DNA of 64,000 nucleotides from assembly GCA_963804345.1 (NCBI GenBank), contig CAWDPX010000004.1, positions 320,181-384,180 of the forward strand. The letters run 5' to 3'. The DNA is from an uncultured Verrucomicrobiae bacterium. Lineage in GTDB: Bacteria > Verrucomicrobiota > Verrucomicrobiia > Limisphaerales > UBA11358. A program made the position numbers and the translations under genes. The notes beneath the pieces were generated by a model that did not search any database, was not told the origin of the DNA, and worked only from the letters and a program-made list of their open reading frames with translations. Positions within the stretch are counted from its first letter, which is position 1, and each line of letters begins with the position of its first letter. Below, piece after piece: positions 9,235-17,331 of this stretch.

Positions 9235-9591
9235 TCAGTCTTCCCGCTCATACCACGGTCGCAGTTTTCCTCCCCGCAAATCCACCCCGTCGGTCAGCAG
9301 CGCCAACGCCTGCGGCGTCAACTTCAACTTGGTCATTCCCTCTTCCAGGTGCTTGGGCCACGAAAACGTTCCCCGCTCCAAACGCTTGCTCAATACCCAC
9401 AGTCCAGTTCCGTCCCAACACAGGATTTTGATCCGCGTGTGCCGCCGGTTGCTGAAGATGAACAGTGCCCCCGCTCGCGGGTCTTCGCCCAGCCGTTCGG
9501 TCACCAGCGCGTACAGCCCGTTGAACCCTTTGCGCATATCGCAGGCTTCCACGGCCACCAATACTTTCAGGCTGCCCGAAAAACTCAGCAT
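9235..9591 (-). CDS. tnpB: IS66 Orf2 (TnpB)
   Basis: VAVEACDMRKGFNGLYALV...LFIFSNRRHTRIKILCWDGTGLWVLSKRLERGTFSWP. Confidence 0.93.
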   Translation of the reverse strand: MLSFSGSLKVLVAVEACDMRKGFNGLYALVTERLGEDPRAGALFIFSNRRHTRIKILCWDGTGLWVLSKRLERGTFSWPKHLEEGMTKLKLTPQALALLTDGVDLRGGKLRPWYERED

Positions 9592-9998
9592 GGCTTTTGT
9601 AGCGCCCGCAGCAAGGCCGCCGCCAGTTCAACCTGTTTGACATCGCCGATCTCCAGACGGGCATCGCCGGGCAATGCGACCATCACGGCCAGGGGATTTT
9701 TGCCACCCGGATTTTGGGCCGCTTCCACGACCGCCTCCAGCCACCGTACTTTATCAGGCAATCGGGCGGGAATCTCGCGTTGCCCAACGGCAGGATAAGT
9801 ACCGCGTTGTCGCCGCCGCTGCTGCGCCCACGTCGCAAACGTCGGATATTTGACGCCAGCCAACACCGCGAACTTCGGCCCGCTCAATCCGCTTCGCTCG
9901 AACTCATCCAACAAATGCTCCCGCCGTTCCCGAGGCGTTCGCACTCGCCCCAGCACATCGGTCTTCAAGATCGCTTCATCGGTCGGTGTCATATTCAT
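9585..9998 (-). CDS. tnpA: IS66 Orf1 (TnpA, HTH)
   Basis: 137 aa, overlaps tnpB by 7 nt. RTPRERREHLLDEFERSGLSGPKFAVLAGVKYPTFATWAQQRR. Confidence 0.85.
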   Translation of the reverse strand: MNMTPTDEAILKTDVLGRVRTPRERREHLLDEFERSGLSGPKFAVLAGVKYPTFATWAQQRRRQRGTYPAVGQREIPARLPDKVRWLEAVVEAAQNPGGKNPLAVMVALPGDARLEIGDVKQVELAAALLRALQKPC

Positions 9999-10327
9999 CG
10001 TAGCCGTTATGCTACGACGTTTATGGCTTCATTGAATAGAGGTGCTACGCGTGACGCTTACGGTAATTACGCGAGCCGTAAATCTTTTTCGGTTCGCCGG
10101 TGGGATAAAATTCGTTGGTCTTGCTGGTGTTGTCGGGCAGGACGGTTTTCCAGTTACGACCCGTGTTGTCGTAGAGCATCGTAGTGGTTTGCGGCGGGGC
10201 GCCGCTGCCACCTGGCGCGGGCGTGGTGACAGTTTGCGGCTGGTCGGCGGCGGTGTAGGTGGTGGTGGTAGTGCCGTTGCGTGCGTCGGTCACGGTGGAT
10301 TGACGGCCATAGGCGTCGTATCCGTAG

Positions 10328-10362
10328 TTGAGGGATGAGAGTTGATTGTTGAGAGTTGAGGG
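10328..10362. repeat. heptanucleotide array (CTCAACY-type) inside the RHS remnant
   Basis: Minus-strand read: tccctcaactctcaacaatcaactctcatccctcaa. Related arrays lie in the plus-strand RHS gene at 4331-4357 and 4471-4500. Confidence 0.5.
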
Positions 10363-10697
10363 ACTGGTATTCCTCCAATACCTGCACATAGCCGCTCGGA
10401 TTCCGGTCATCCAAAAGATAGTAAGTAGTGGTTCCAGTTGCAGCGATTGTTTTGCTCACCCGATTCCCGTCCCCGTCATACGTGATAAGGATTGTGCCAT
10501 TGTTCACGTTGATCACGTGATTCATCACGCCGTACTGATAGGAGTTGCCTGACGAGTTGGTTGTGTTGCCGTTGTTGTCGTAGCCATCGCCCGTCAACCA
10601 GTCGTTCGGATTGAATGTGAATGCCTGATTGGTCAGGGTGAGGCTGCCGGTAATATTGGTCCGAGTGGTTCGATTGCCAACGGAATCGTATTTGTAA

Positions 10698-10730
10698 CCG
10701 AGAGATTGGGGACTCGTGTAACCCTCCGAT
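10698..10730 (-). repeat. collapsed copy of the TCGGAGGGGCGAG element
   Basis: Minus-strand read: atcggagggttacacgagtccccaatctctcgg. It matches the argS copy arms but lacks GCGAG and the centre. Confidence 0.5.
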
Positions 10731-11219
10731 AATTTCGTTGGTCAGGCGATAGAGCGGATCGTAGCTCCAAGCGTAATTACGGTTGGCGCCGCTGTTTGTC
10801 TCCAAAAGTGACGTCCGGTTGCCGGTCAGACCAAGCTGGTAGTAGAAACTGGCCAGTGTTCCGGCGTTGAGTTTCCAAACCGAGTTGGTCAACCGGTTGA
10901 GCGAATCGTACTGGCAGAGATTCGTCACGCCGTTACCGTAGCGCATGGTTTGCAGATTGCCAGCCAAATCGTAGGAATACTGCGACAGGCTGGAAGCCGG
11001 TCCTCCGACGTTGGTCAGGCGGTTGAGCGCGTCATACTGATAAACATTCGTCACGCCATTGGCCGTGCTGGACCAGAGATTGGTCAGGTTGCCGTTCGCA
11101 TCGTAGCCGTAGTTGAGCGCCACGCTTAACTGGGCCGGCAAGCCACCACTTTCCATTTTCGATTTACGAGGGTAAAGTTTGCGCGTGACCAGATCGAAAA
11201 TCGCAAACCCAAAATCCGA

Positions 11220-11516
11220 ATGACCCGTCACTGCCACAACTGCGGCGAGGAATGGACGCTGACCGGCCAGCCGGGCCGGGGTGAAACCTGCATGAAATGC
11301 CGGGCCGACCTGCGCGTCTGCCGGAACTGCGCCCACCACGACCCGCGCGCAGCCCAGCAATGCCGTGAGCGCCGGGCCGAGCCGGTGCAGGAAAAGTACG
11401 TGGGCAATTTCTGCGAGTATTTTGAGTTTATCCGCCGAACCTGGACCCCGAAGGCCGGAGACAACCGGCGCGAAGCCGCCGCGCGCGAGCGGTTGAAAAA
11501 ATTGTTTGGCGATTGA
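11220..11516 (+). CDS. small Cys-rich (zinc-ribbon-like) hypothetical protein
   Basis: 98 aa. CHNC..CMKC..CRNC..C pattern. The opposite-strand long ORF here is judged an artefact. Confidence 0.6.
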   Translation: MTRHCHNCGEEWTLTGQPGRGETCMKCRADLRVCRNCAHHDPRAAQQCRERRAEPVQEKYVGNFCEYFEFIRRTWTPKAGDNRREAAARERLKKLFGD

Positions 11517-11532
11517 TGCGCCCGGTTCCGTT

Positions 11533-12537
11533 TCAACCGGAGGCCTTGCCGTCCATTTCGCTGAAAGCCCGCGCACAGGCGGCAATGACGGTTTCAGTCT
11601 CCACGTTGGAAATGATGCGGTCGTTGTTGGGTGACGCGAGCGCCCAGTCCGCGTGTTGATAGGGATGCGGCCGGCCCGGCGCCACGGACTCCATGATCAT
11701 CACCACCCGTTTGCCCATCGCCACAGCCAGATGCAACACCCCGGTATCGCCGCCCAGGGTCAGCGTGGACAGTTTGGCCAGCCCGCCGGTGACAAGCAAT
11801 GGCACGCCGGCCGAGACCGGAAAGCCCGCCAGGCGGGCCGGTTCCAGGGCGGCGCGTTCCGCCGGTCCACCGCCAAACAAGATTTGGACTCCGCGCTGCT
11901 GCCAATGCCGGGCGACCGCCAGATAGCGGTCGAGCGGCCAGTTTTTTTGCGGTGAACTGGTGAAGGGTTGAATAAGGAGGAGGGATGAGGCGGCATTTAG
12001 ATGGTGTGCGGCCAGAAAACTTCGCGCTTCGGCCAGCGCGCCGTCCGGCAGAACGAATTCGTTGAGAATTGTTCCCGAACGCAGGCCGCATTGCTCCAGC
12101 AGCGAGAGATACCAGTCCACGTGATGAATGCGCTCATTGCGCGTCACGCCGCGCGTGTAAGCCCAGCGCCGTCCCTGATGGTACACATTTCCCCAGCGGT
12201 GCGGCGCGCCACTCAACCAGGCCAGCCACGCCGTCTCGCCGTAGCCCTGAAAATCCACGACCCGCGAAAACTTTCCGCGGCGCAACCGGCGAATCAGGGA
12301 AAACGCCTCCGACACAATGGCCAGGGGATTTCCACTTTGAAACCGCGCGCGATTCAGCGTGATGACTTCGTCCACTTCCCGGAAGCCCTGCAACAGCGCC
12401 GCATTCTCGCTGGAAGTGAGAAAGGTGATGGTCGCGCCGGGGAAATTTCCCCGGATCACATGCACTGCCGGCAGGAGGAACAGGATGTCGCCGATGGATT
12501 TAAGGCGAATCAACAGAATGTTCTCGTTACGAACCAT
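11533..12537 (-). CDS. glycosyltransferase family 9 (heptosyltransferase-like)
   Basis: ILLIRLKSIGDILFLLPAVHVIRGNFPGATITFLT; C-terminal GGDTGVLHLAVAMGKRVV. Confidence 0.85.
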   Translation of the reverse strand: MVRNENILLIRLKSIGDILFLLPAVHVIRGNFPGATITFLTSSENAALLQGFREVDEVITLNRARFQSGNPLAIVSEAFSLIRRLRRGKFSRVVDFQGYGETAWLAWLSGAPHRWGNVYHQGRRWAYTRGVTRNERIHHVDWYLSLLEQCGLRSGTILNEFVLPDGALAEARSFLAAHHLNAASSLLLIQPFTSSPQKNWPLDRYLAVARHWQQRGVQILFGGGPAERAALEPARLAGFPVSAGVPLLVTGGLAKLSTLTLGGDTGVLHLAVAMGKRVVMIMESVAPGRPHPYQHADWALASPNNDRIISNVETETVIAACARAFSEMDGKASG

Positions 12538-12651
12538 GAGCCGTCAGGCTATGCACCCCGCCACCAATGGAAAAGCACAGATTTAAAGGCGCCGGTTTTC
12601 CTGCTGGACGGTTTTGGGAACAGCGGATTGAATGGGGGCATCCGGCATTGC

Positions 12652-13293
12652 ATGAACAAGCCATTGAGCAAAAATATTTTCTGGACCCGGGGCAAGGTCA
12701 CGGCGGAACAGCGCGCGCATCTGAGCGGCCACTCCGGCTGCGTCATCTGGATCACGGGTTTGAGCGCCTCCGGCAAATCCACGATTGCCACGGAACTGGA
12801 GCGCGAGTTGATCAGCCGGGGCAAGCTGGCCTATCTGCTGGACGGCGACAACACACGCCACGGCCTTTGTTCCGACCTGGGCTTCTCACCGGAAGACCGG
12901 CGCGAGAACATCCGGCGGGTGGGGGAAGTTGTCAGACTGTTTGCCGATGCCGGCATCATTTGCATCACGGCGTATATATCTCCCTACCGTTCCGACCGGG
13001 ACAAGGCGCGCCAGTTGGTGCCGCCGGGAAAATTCATCGAGGTGTATTTGAATGCGCCGCTGGCCGTCTGCGAGCAGCGCGACCCCAAGGGGCTTTACGC
13101 CAAAGCGCACAGCGGTGAAATCAAGGAGTTTACCGGCGTCTCCGCCCCCTACGAACCGCCCTTGAAACCGGAACTCGAATTGCACACCGACAAAATGAGC
13201 GTGGCCGAATGTGTGGCTGCCATTCTGGCGAAGCTGGATCGGATGTCAGCCATTGTTGATGGCGCTCCCGCCGACGATGGCAAAAAAGGCTGA
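12652..13293 (+). CDS. cysC: adenylyl-sulfate (APS) kinase
   Basis: GCVIWITGLSASGKSTIA, YLLDGDNTRHGL, FSPEDRRENIRRVGEV, ISPYRSDR, RDPKGLYAKA. Start moved to the ATG at 12652; the longer ORF runs antisense through the GT9 gene. Confidence 0.93.
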   Translation: MNKPLSKNIFWTRGKVTAEQRAHLSGHSGCVIWITGLSASGKSTIATELERELISRGKLAYLLDGDNTRHGLCSDLGFSPEDRRENIRRVGEVVRLFADAGIICITAYISPYRSDRDKARQLVPPGKFIEVYLNAPLAVCEQRDPKGLYAKAHSGEIKEFTGVSAPYEPPLKPELELHTDKMSVAECVAAILAKLDRMSAIVDGAPADDGKKG

Positions 13294-13302
13294 CGGCATG
13301 GT

Positions 13303-14241
13303 TCATCGCGGAAGCCCCGCCTTTGCCGGGCAGCCGCACAGGTGCCACCCAACCAGCGCCGTGCAGACGCGGCAACGCAAACGCCAGCGCCCGTTTTGGC
13401 CAAAGGTGACGAGAACCAGCACCAGCGCCGCGAGCCAGTCCAGAAGCAACCGCGTCATCAGGCCGGCGGTCAGGATTGACCGTGTCAACGGGGATTGATT
13501 TTTAGCGAAGTAAGCGTAACGCGAGCGCCAGTATTCAATTCTTGCCGCAGCGGAGATTTGTTTCGCCGTTTGTCCCTGGTCATGCCAGACCCGCACGCCG
13601 GGCAGGTGCATCACCCGCAAACCCGCCCGGCGGACTTGCCGGCAAAAATCCGTTTCCTCGAAAAAGAAAAAATAGCGCTCATCCAGGCCGCCGAGCTTGT
13701 CCCACACTTCCTTGCGGATCAGCATGAACGCGCCCACAACCGTCTCGACCTCCGTCGGTCCGGTGAAGTGATGTTCCTTGCCGGGAAACCGGCGGGGGAA
13801 CAACCGCCGCAGCAGCGACTTGTTCAACAGTTCCGTCGCCAGCGTCGGGAAATTGGCGATGGAATTCTGGCGCGAACCGTCCGCGTTGAGCAGTTGCGCC
13901 CCGGCAACGGCGCAATCGGGATGGGCGCGCATCCATCCGGCCGCCTGTGCCAGCGCGTCCGGTTGCAGCCGGGCATCCGAATTGAGCAACAGCAGAAAAT
14001 CCCCGCGCGCCGGTTTCGCCGCGAGATTGCAGGCGCGCGCAAAGCCGAGGTTGGTTTCGGAACGGATGAGCTTGACGGATGAAAATTCACGCGCCAGCAC
14101 CGCGGCCGTGTCGTCGGTCGAGCAGTTGTCCACAATGATGATTTCCGTCGCCAATGAATCCTGTGCCGCCTGCACCGAGCGGATGGCCGCGCAAGTCAAG
14201 ACGCCGGTGTTGCGCGTGGGGATGATAACGGACAGGTCCAT
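13303..14241 (-). CDS. glycosyltransferase family 2
   Basis: MDLSVIIPTRNTG...IIIVDNCSTDDT...LLLLNSDA. Confidence 0.85.
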   Translation of the reverse strand: MDLSVIIPTRNTGVLTCAAIRSVQAAQDSLATEIIIVDNCSTDDTAAVLAREFSSVKLIRSETNLGFARACNLAAKPARGDFLLLLNSDARLQPDALAQAAGWMRAHPDCAVAGAQLLNADGSRQNSIANFPTLATELLNKSLLRRLFPRRFPGKEHHFTGPTEVETVVGAFMLIRKEVWDKLGGLDERYFFFFEETDFCRQVRRAGLRVMHLPGVRVWHDQGQTAKQISAAARIEYWRSRYAYFAKNQSPLTRSILTAGLMTRLLLDWLAALVLVLVTFGQNGRWRLRCRVCTALVGWHLCGCPAKAGLPR

Positions 14242-14244
14242 GGC

Positions 14245-15009
14245 TTATGCCGGTGGTTTCCCCCGCTGCTGCAATTCCCACAACTTGGCGTATTTGATGA
14301 AGGTGTAGTAGGCGTGCAATGCTGCAATTAAAAATCCGCGCGTCCCTTCACGAAAACCCTGCTGGAAAAAGTACTTCTTCACAAACCCGCCGACCGGGTG
14401 CAATGCCAGTTGCGTGAATCCCGCCCGGCGGCCGGCGGCAAAATAGCGTTGGGCCATCAGCGTGGTGTATTTTTCATTTTTGGCCATCACCACGGCGAGC
14501 GTGGGGAAAGGATGTTGTAAAATGGAATTTTTGAAATAGCCGATGCGGCCGGAACATTCAAAGCCTTCATGCACCAAATCCGGGCGGTACCGAAAGAGCC
14601 GGCGGTCAAACACCTGCGGCTGGCGATAATCCGGATACCAGCCGCAAAACCGGATGGGCCGGCCAAGAAAGGTGTTGCGCCGCGGCACAAACCAGGCGGC
14701 GTAACCAGGCGATTGCAGCCGTTCGCGAAGTTCCGCAACGAATTCCGGCGTGCTGCGCTCGTCGGCATCAATGCTCACAATCCAGTTGTGTTTCAGCAAG
14801 GCCAGCGCCTGGTTGCGCAATTTGCCGAAGCCGTCGAAGGGCAGGTTGACGTGGTGCACGCCGAATTGCGCGCAAACCTGCGCCGTGTCGTCGGAGCTGA
14901 ACGAGTCCACGACGACGACTTCATCCGCCCACAACACCGTCGGCAGCACCTCCCGCAGGTTGGCTGCTTCCTGATAAGCGATGATGTAAAGGCTGACCGG
15001 TTCGGGCAT
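14245..15009 (-). CDS. glycosyltransferase family 2 (LPS-core WaaE/KdtX-like)
   Basis: VSLYIIAYQEAANLREVLPTVLWADEVVVVDSFSSDDT...SIDADER. The ORF is open up to 15117; the internal ATG at 15009 is preferred. Confidence 0.8.
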   Translation of the reverse strand: MPEPVSLYIIAYQEAANLREVLPTVLWADEVVVVDSFSSDDTAQVCAQFGVHHVNLPFDGFGKLRNQALALLKHNWIVSIDADERSTPEFVAELRERLQSPGYAAWFVPRRNTFLGRPIRFCGWYPDYRQPQVFDRRLFRYRPDLVHEGFECSGRIGYFKNSILQHPFPTLAVVMAKNEKYTTLMAQRYFAAGRRAGFTQLALHPVGGFVKKYFFQQGFREGTRGFLIAALHAYYTFIKYAKLWELQQRGKPPA

Positions 15010-15158
15010 GGCGTTGAAATTCAATGGATTCTGCGCAGTTCGCGCGGCGCTTGAACTGCGGACAGTGTATCCCACCCTTCTCGCCGCCCGCAAAAGAATT
15101 GTGAAACGACCCGGCAAATCCCGGCGCCCGCCCGGCGGCTTCGCGGCTGGCTCCCGGC

Positions 15159-15971
15159 TTACATCACAACCGCATCGCTCGAAGGCGCCGGTGCGGAAAA
15201 ATACTTGTTACGAGCTTTGCAGACCTGCCGGTAGAACGACATGTTGTAAAGGTGGCAGAGCAAATATTTCCATTTTATCTCGCTTGTATAACGATCGTGA
15301 GACGCGACCTGGTTCGCAGCACCCAACCCGGCTTTGGCGCACAGTCCGGGAAAAATCTCATTGACCCCGAAGGAATAGAGTTCGAGGTCCAGCTGGTTGT
15401 ATTCCCTGGCCATTTCGACCAGCCGGCGGTCGTTCTCCAGGGATTTTTTGATCCGATTGTCCGGCGCGAGATTTTTCCGTTTATAGTTCAGGTTCAGCGG
15501 GTAGGGGCTGAGTTGCTCCAGGACGCGCAGGGAAAGCTCAAATTTTTCCGTCAAACCGACAAAGCCGCACGTTTCCAGGTAGCGTTTGGCCCGGTCCAGA
15601 TTTCGCCCGCCCGCCATCAGTTTTACATGCAGGTTTTCAAGATCTTCGTTTTGACGCAATTCCTCTTCAAACGTCCGGCGGTTGCCGTTGAGGACCGAAG
15701 CCTGATATTGGGAAAAAACCCTGGCCACCGGGTCCCTCAGGAAGGTCATGTGAAAAGGGTTGGGGACGGACAGGCTTAACGGATCGAACAGATTATGACC
15801 GGCGATGCTCCGCAATCCGGGGAACATTTTCCTCGCAAAATCCAGGTCCCGCTGGGTGAAAACGGGCCTTTTGGTATGATTGGTATGGCACGCGAACACA
15901 CCCAGGCTGTTTTCGAGTATGAACTGGAAACTTGAGCCCGCAGTTCTTGGAATGTGACAAAAAACAATCAT
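15159..15971 (-). CDS. sulfotransferase family protein
   Basis: N-terminal FCHIPRTAGSSF resembles the PAPS 5'-phosphosulfate-binding loop (HIPKTGGTS type). Context includes cysC and ATP sulfurylase. Confidence 0.75.
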   Translation of the reverse strand: MIVFCHIPRTAGSSFQFILENSLGVFACHTNHTKRPVFTQRDLDFARKMFPGLRSIAGHNLFDPLSLSVPNPFHMTFLRDPVARVFSQYQASVLNGNRRTFEEELRQNEDLENLHVKLMAGGRNLDRAKRYLETCGFVGLTEKFELSLRVLEQLSPYPLNLNYKRKNLAPDNRIKKSLENDRRLVEMAREYNQLDLELYSFGVNEIFPGLCAKAGLGAANQVASHDRYTSEIKWKYLLCHLYNMSFYRQVCKARNKYFSAPAPSSDAVVM

Positions 15972-16074
15972 TGCCTGATTTCAGCCACGAGTGTTGCGAG
16001 CCGCAACCGCTGGAAGCAAACTAATTCCGCGCCGGGGCGAAGCGTTTCAGAAGCCTGGTCCCGTGATGCCTGGT

Positions 16075-17130
16075 TCACGGGACCTCCTCCAAATTGGAGA
16101 CGGTGAACCGGTCACGTTCAACCCGGGCGTCGCCGCTGCGGAGGTGATACAGCGGCTTGTTGCCGTAAAAGGACGCCCATTGCGAAAGGGTGCTCGGAGG
16201 TCCCAGAAGGTAATCACACCCGGCCAGCGTGTATAAGTCCACCACCAGCGTTCCGGTGCCAATCACGACCGTGAGTCCGGTGAATTCCGACGCCTGCCGC
16301 GGTTCGTCGCTGCATACGAAAAATGCCGTCTTCCGGCCGGGAAATTGTCCGGCCAGTTCGCGCATCCAGGCGGCATACTGGTTCACGGCGAAAAAAAACC
16401 GCCCTTCCCTCCAGGTACGATAATCCGTGCGCCGGATGTGGACCCCGACCACGATATCCGCCTGCTGCCGCAGGAACTCGACGCTTTGACGGACGGCCTG
16501 TCCGACCTCGCTGATGGGCTGGAAAAACTCCCGGATGCGGTCCGCCTGCCGCCGTACGGATTCAGGCGCGCGAAACCGCCAGCCATGGAAAAAAACAATT
16601 TTGGCATCGGCCATGCGGGATTGCACCTCCGCGTCGTCCAGCAAAATGGTCTGGCGGGGAATCTCCCGGAGCGTAAACATGCGTTTGCCCAGAATCGGAA
16701 AATAATCATTCCACCCGCTGGCGCGGTGGATGAGATGGTAGAAAATCCGCGTCTTGCGGATGGCCGGCGCGGCACCGGGAATCAGGTCAAACAGGCTCTG
16801 GCGCCGGGCAACCGGATAGCGGCAATAGATGTCATGGCGCGTGGACTCGAAAAGGTGGGCGTAGGAATGAAAGGCGACATTAACGACGCGATGGCCGTGT
16901 TCGGCGGCGAAGCCGATGACATTGGCAAACAGCACCAGCCGATTCCCCAGACGGCCGGTTCGCAGGCCGATGACGAGGATTTTGTTATCAGCCGACTGCA
17001 TGGATTTCAGAAATTGACGGATTATTTCGGGTAAATCTTCCCGGTTGCCGGGCATCTGGCAAGCTTTCATCAAAAACAGACAGCCTGAGGCGCGGATTTC
17101 GCGACCGATTATTGTGCAATCCGACGGCAA
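16075..17130 (-). CDS. glycosyltransferase, GT11/fucosyltransferase-like (tentative)
   Basis: GRLGNRLVLFANVIGFA (cf. GGLGNQ) and VGVHIRRTDY (cf. HVRRGDY). The true start may be an internal Met. Confidence 0.5.
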   Translation of the reverse strand: MPSDCTIIGREIRASGCLFLMKACQMPGNREDLPEIIRQFLKSMQSADNKILVIGLRTGRLGNRLVLFANVIGFAAEHGHRVVNVAFHSYAHLFESTRHDIYCRYPVARRQSLFDLIPGAAPAIRKTRIFYHLIHRASGWNDYFPILGKRMFTLREIPRQTILLDDAEVQSRMADAKIVFFHGWRFRAPESVRRQADRIREFFQPISEVGQAVRQSVEFLRQQADIVVGVHIRRTDYRTWREGRFFFAVNQYAAWMRELAGQFPGRKTAFFVCSDEPRQASEFTGLTVVIGTGTLVVDLYTLAGCDYLLGPPSTLSQWASFYGNKPLYHLRSGDARVERDRFTVSNLEEVP

Positions 17131-17331
17131 AGTAAAACGAACCGGGGCTTTCTGGCTTGACCCTCTCCGTCCCGGAGTTGTTTACTATCCGCACGGGTAC
17201 CACGATTGGCCAGCCACCCGCTACACTTTTCAACCGCCGTTGGCATGCAATCAGGCATGCCCAAGTGGTATGGCGGCCGAAGGCCATCGGCGAGCGGATC
17301 GTTAGAAACATTGCGCGAGATAATCTCAATC

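Larger units (their letters stand above)
7576..10061 (-). mobile_element. IS66-family insertion sequence, apparently intact (tnpA-tnpB-tnpC)
   Basis: Terminal inverted repeats GTAAGCGTCACGCGGAGCACCT (7576->) and GTAAGCGTCACGCGTAGCACCT (10061<-). Three-ORF IS66 organisation. Confidence 0.9.
10062..11156 (-). pseudogene. RHS/YD-repeat gene remnant (both ends missing, two internal frameshifts, abuts the IS66 right end)
   Basis: YD repeats spread over three frames (ALNYGYDANGNL.., GYKYDSVGNR.., ITYDGDGNRVSK.., LNYGYDAYGRQ.., ..YGSRNY), ending exactly at the IS66 IR. Confidence 0.8.

Noticed and set aside
2883-11200. tRNA-Tyr-anchored genomic island
   Set aside because: The RHS/IS66 region lies downstream of tRNA-Tyr. 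However, I found no direct repeat of the tRNA 3' end and no integrase, so an integrated island cannot be supported.
11157-11585. N-terminal part of minus-strand ORF 10476-11585
   Set aside because: YD-repeat similarity starts only near 11156. The upstream part is antisense to the Cys-rich ORF 11220-11516, which looks more protein-like.
12001-12651. Upstream extension of the cysC ORF
   Set aside because: It overlaps the GT9 gene on the opposite strand. APS-kinase similarity starts only after the ATG at 12652.
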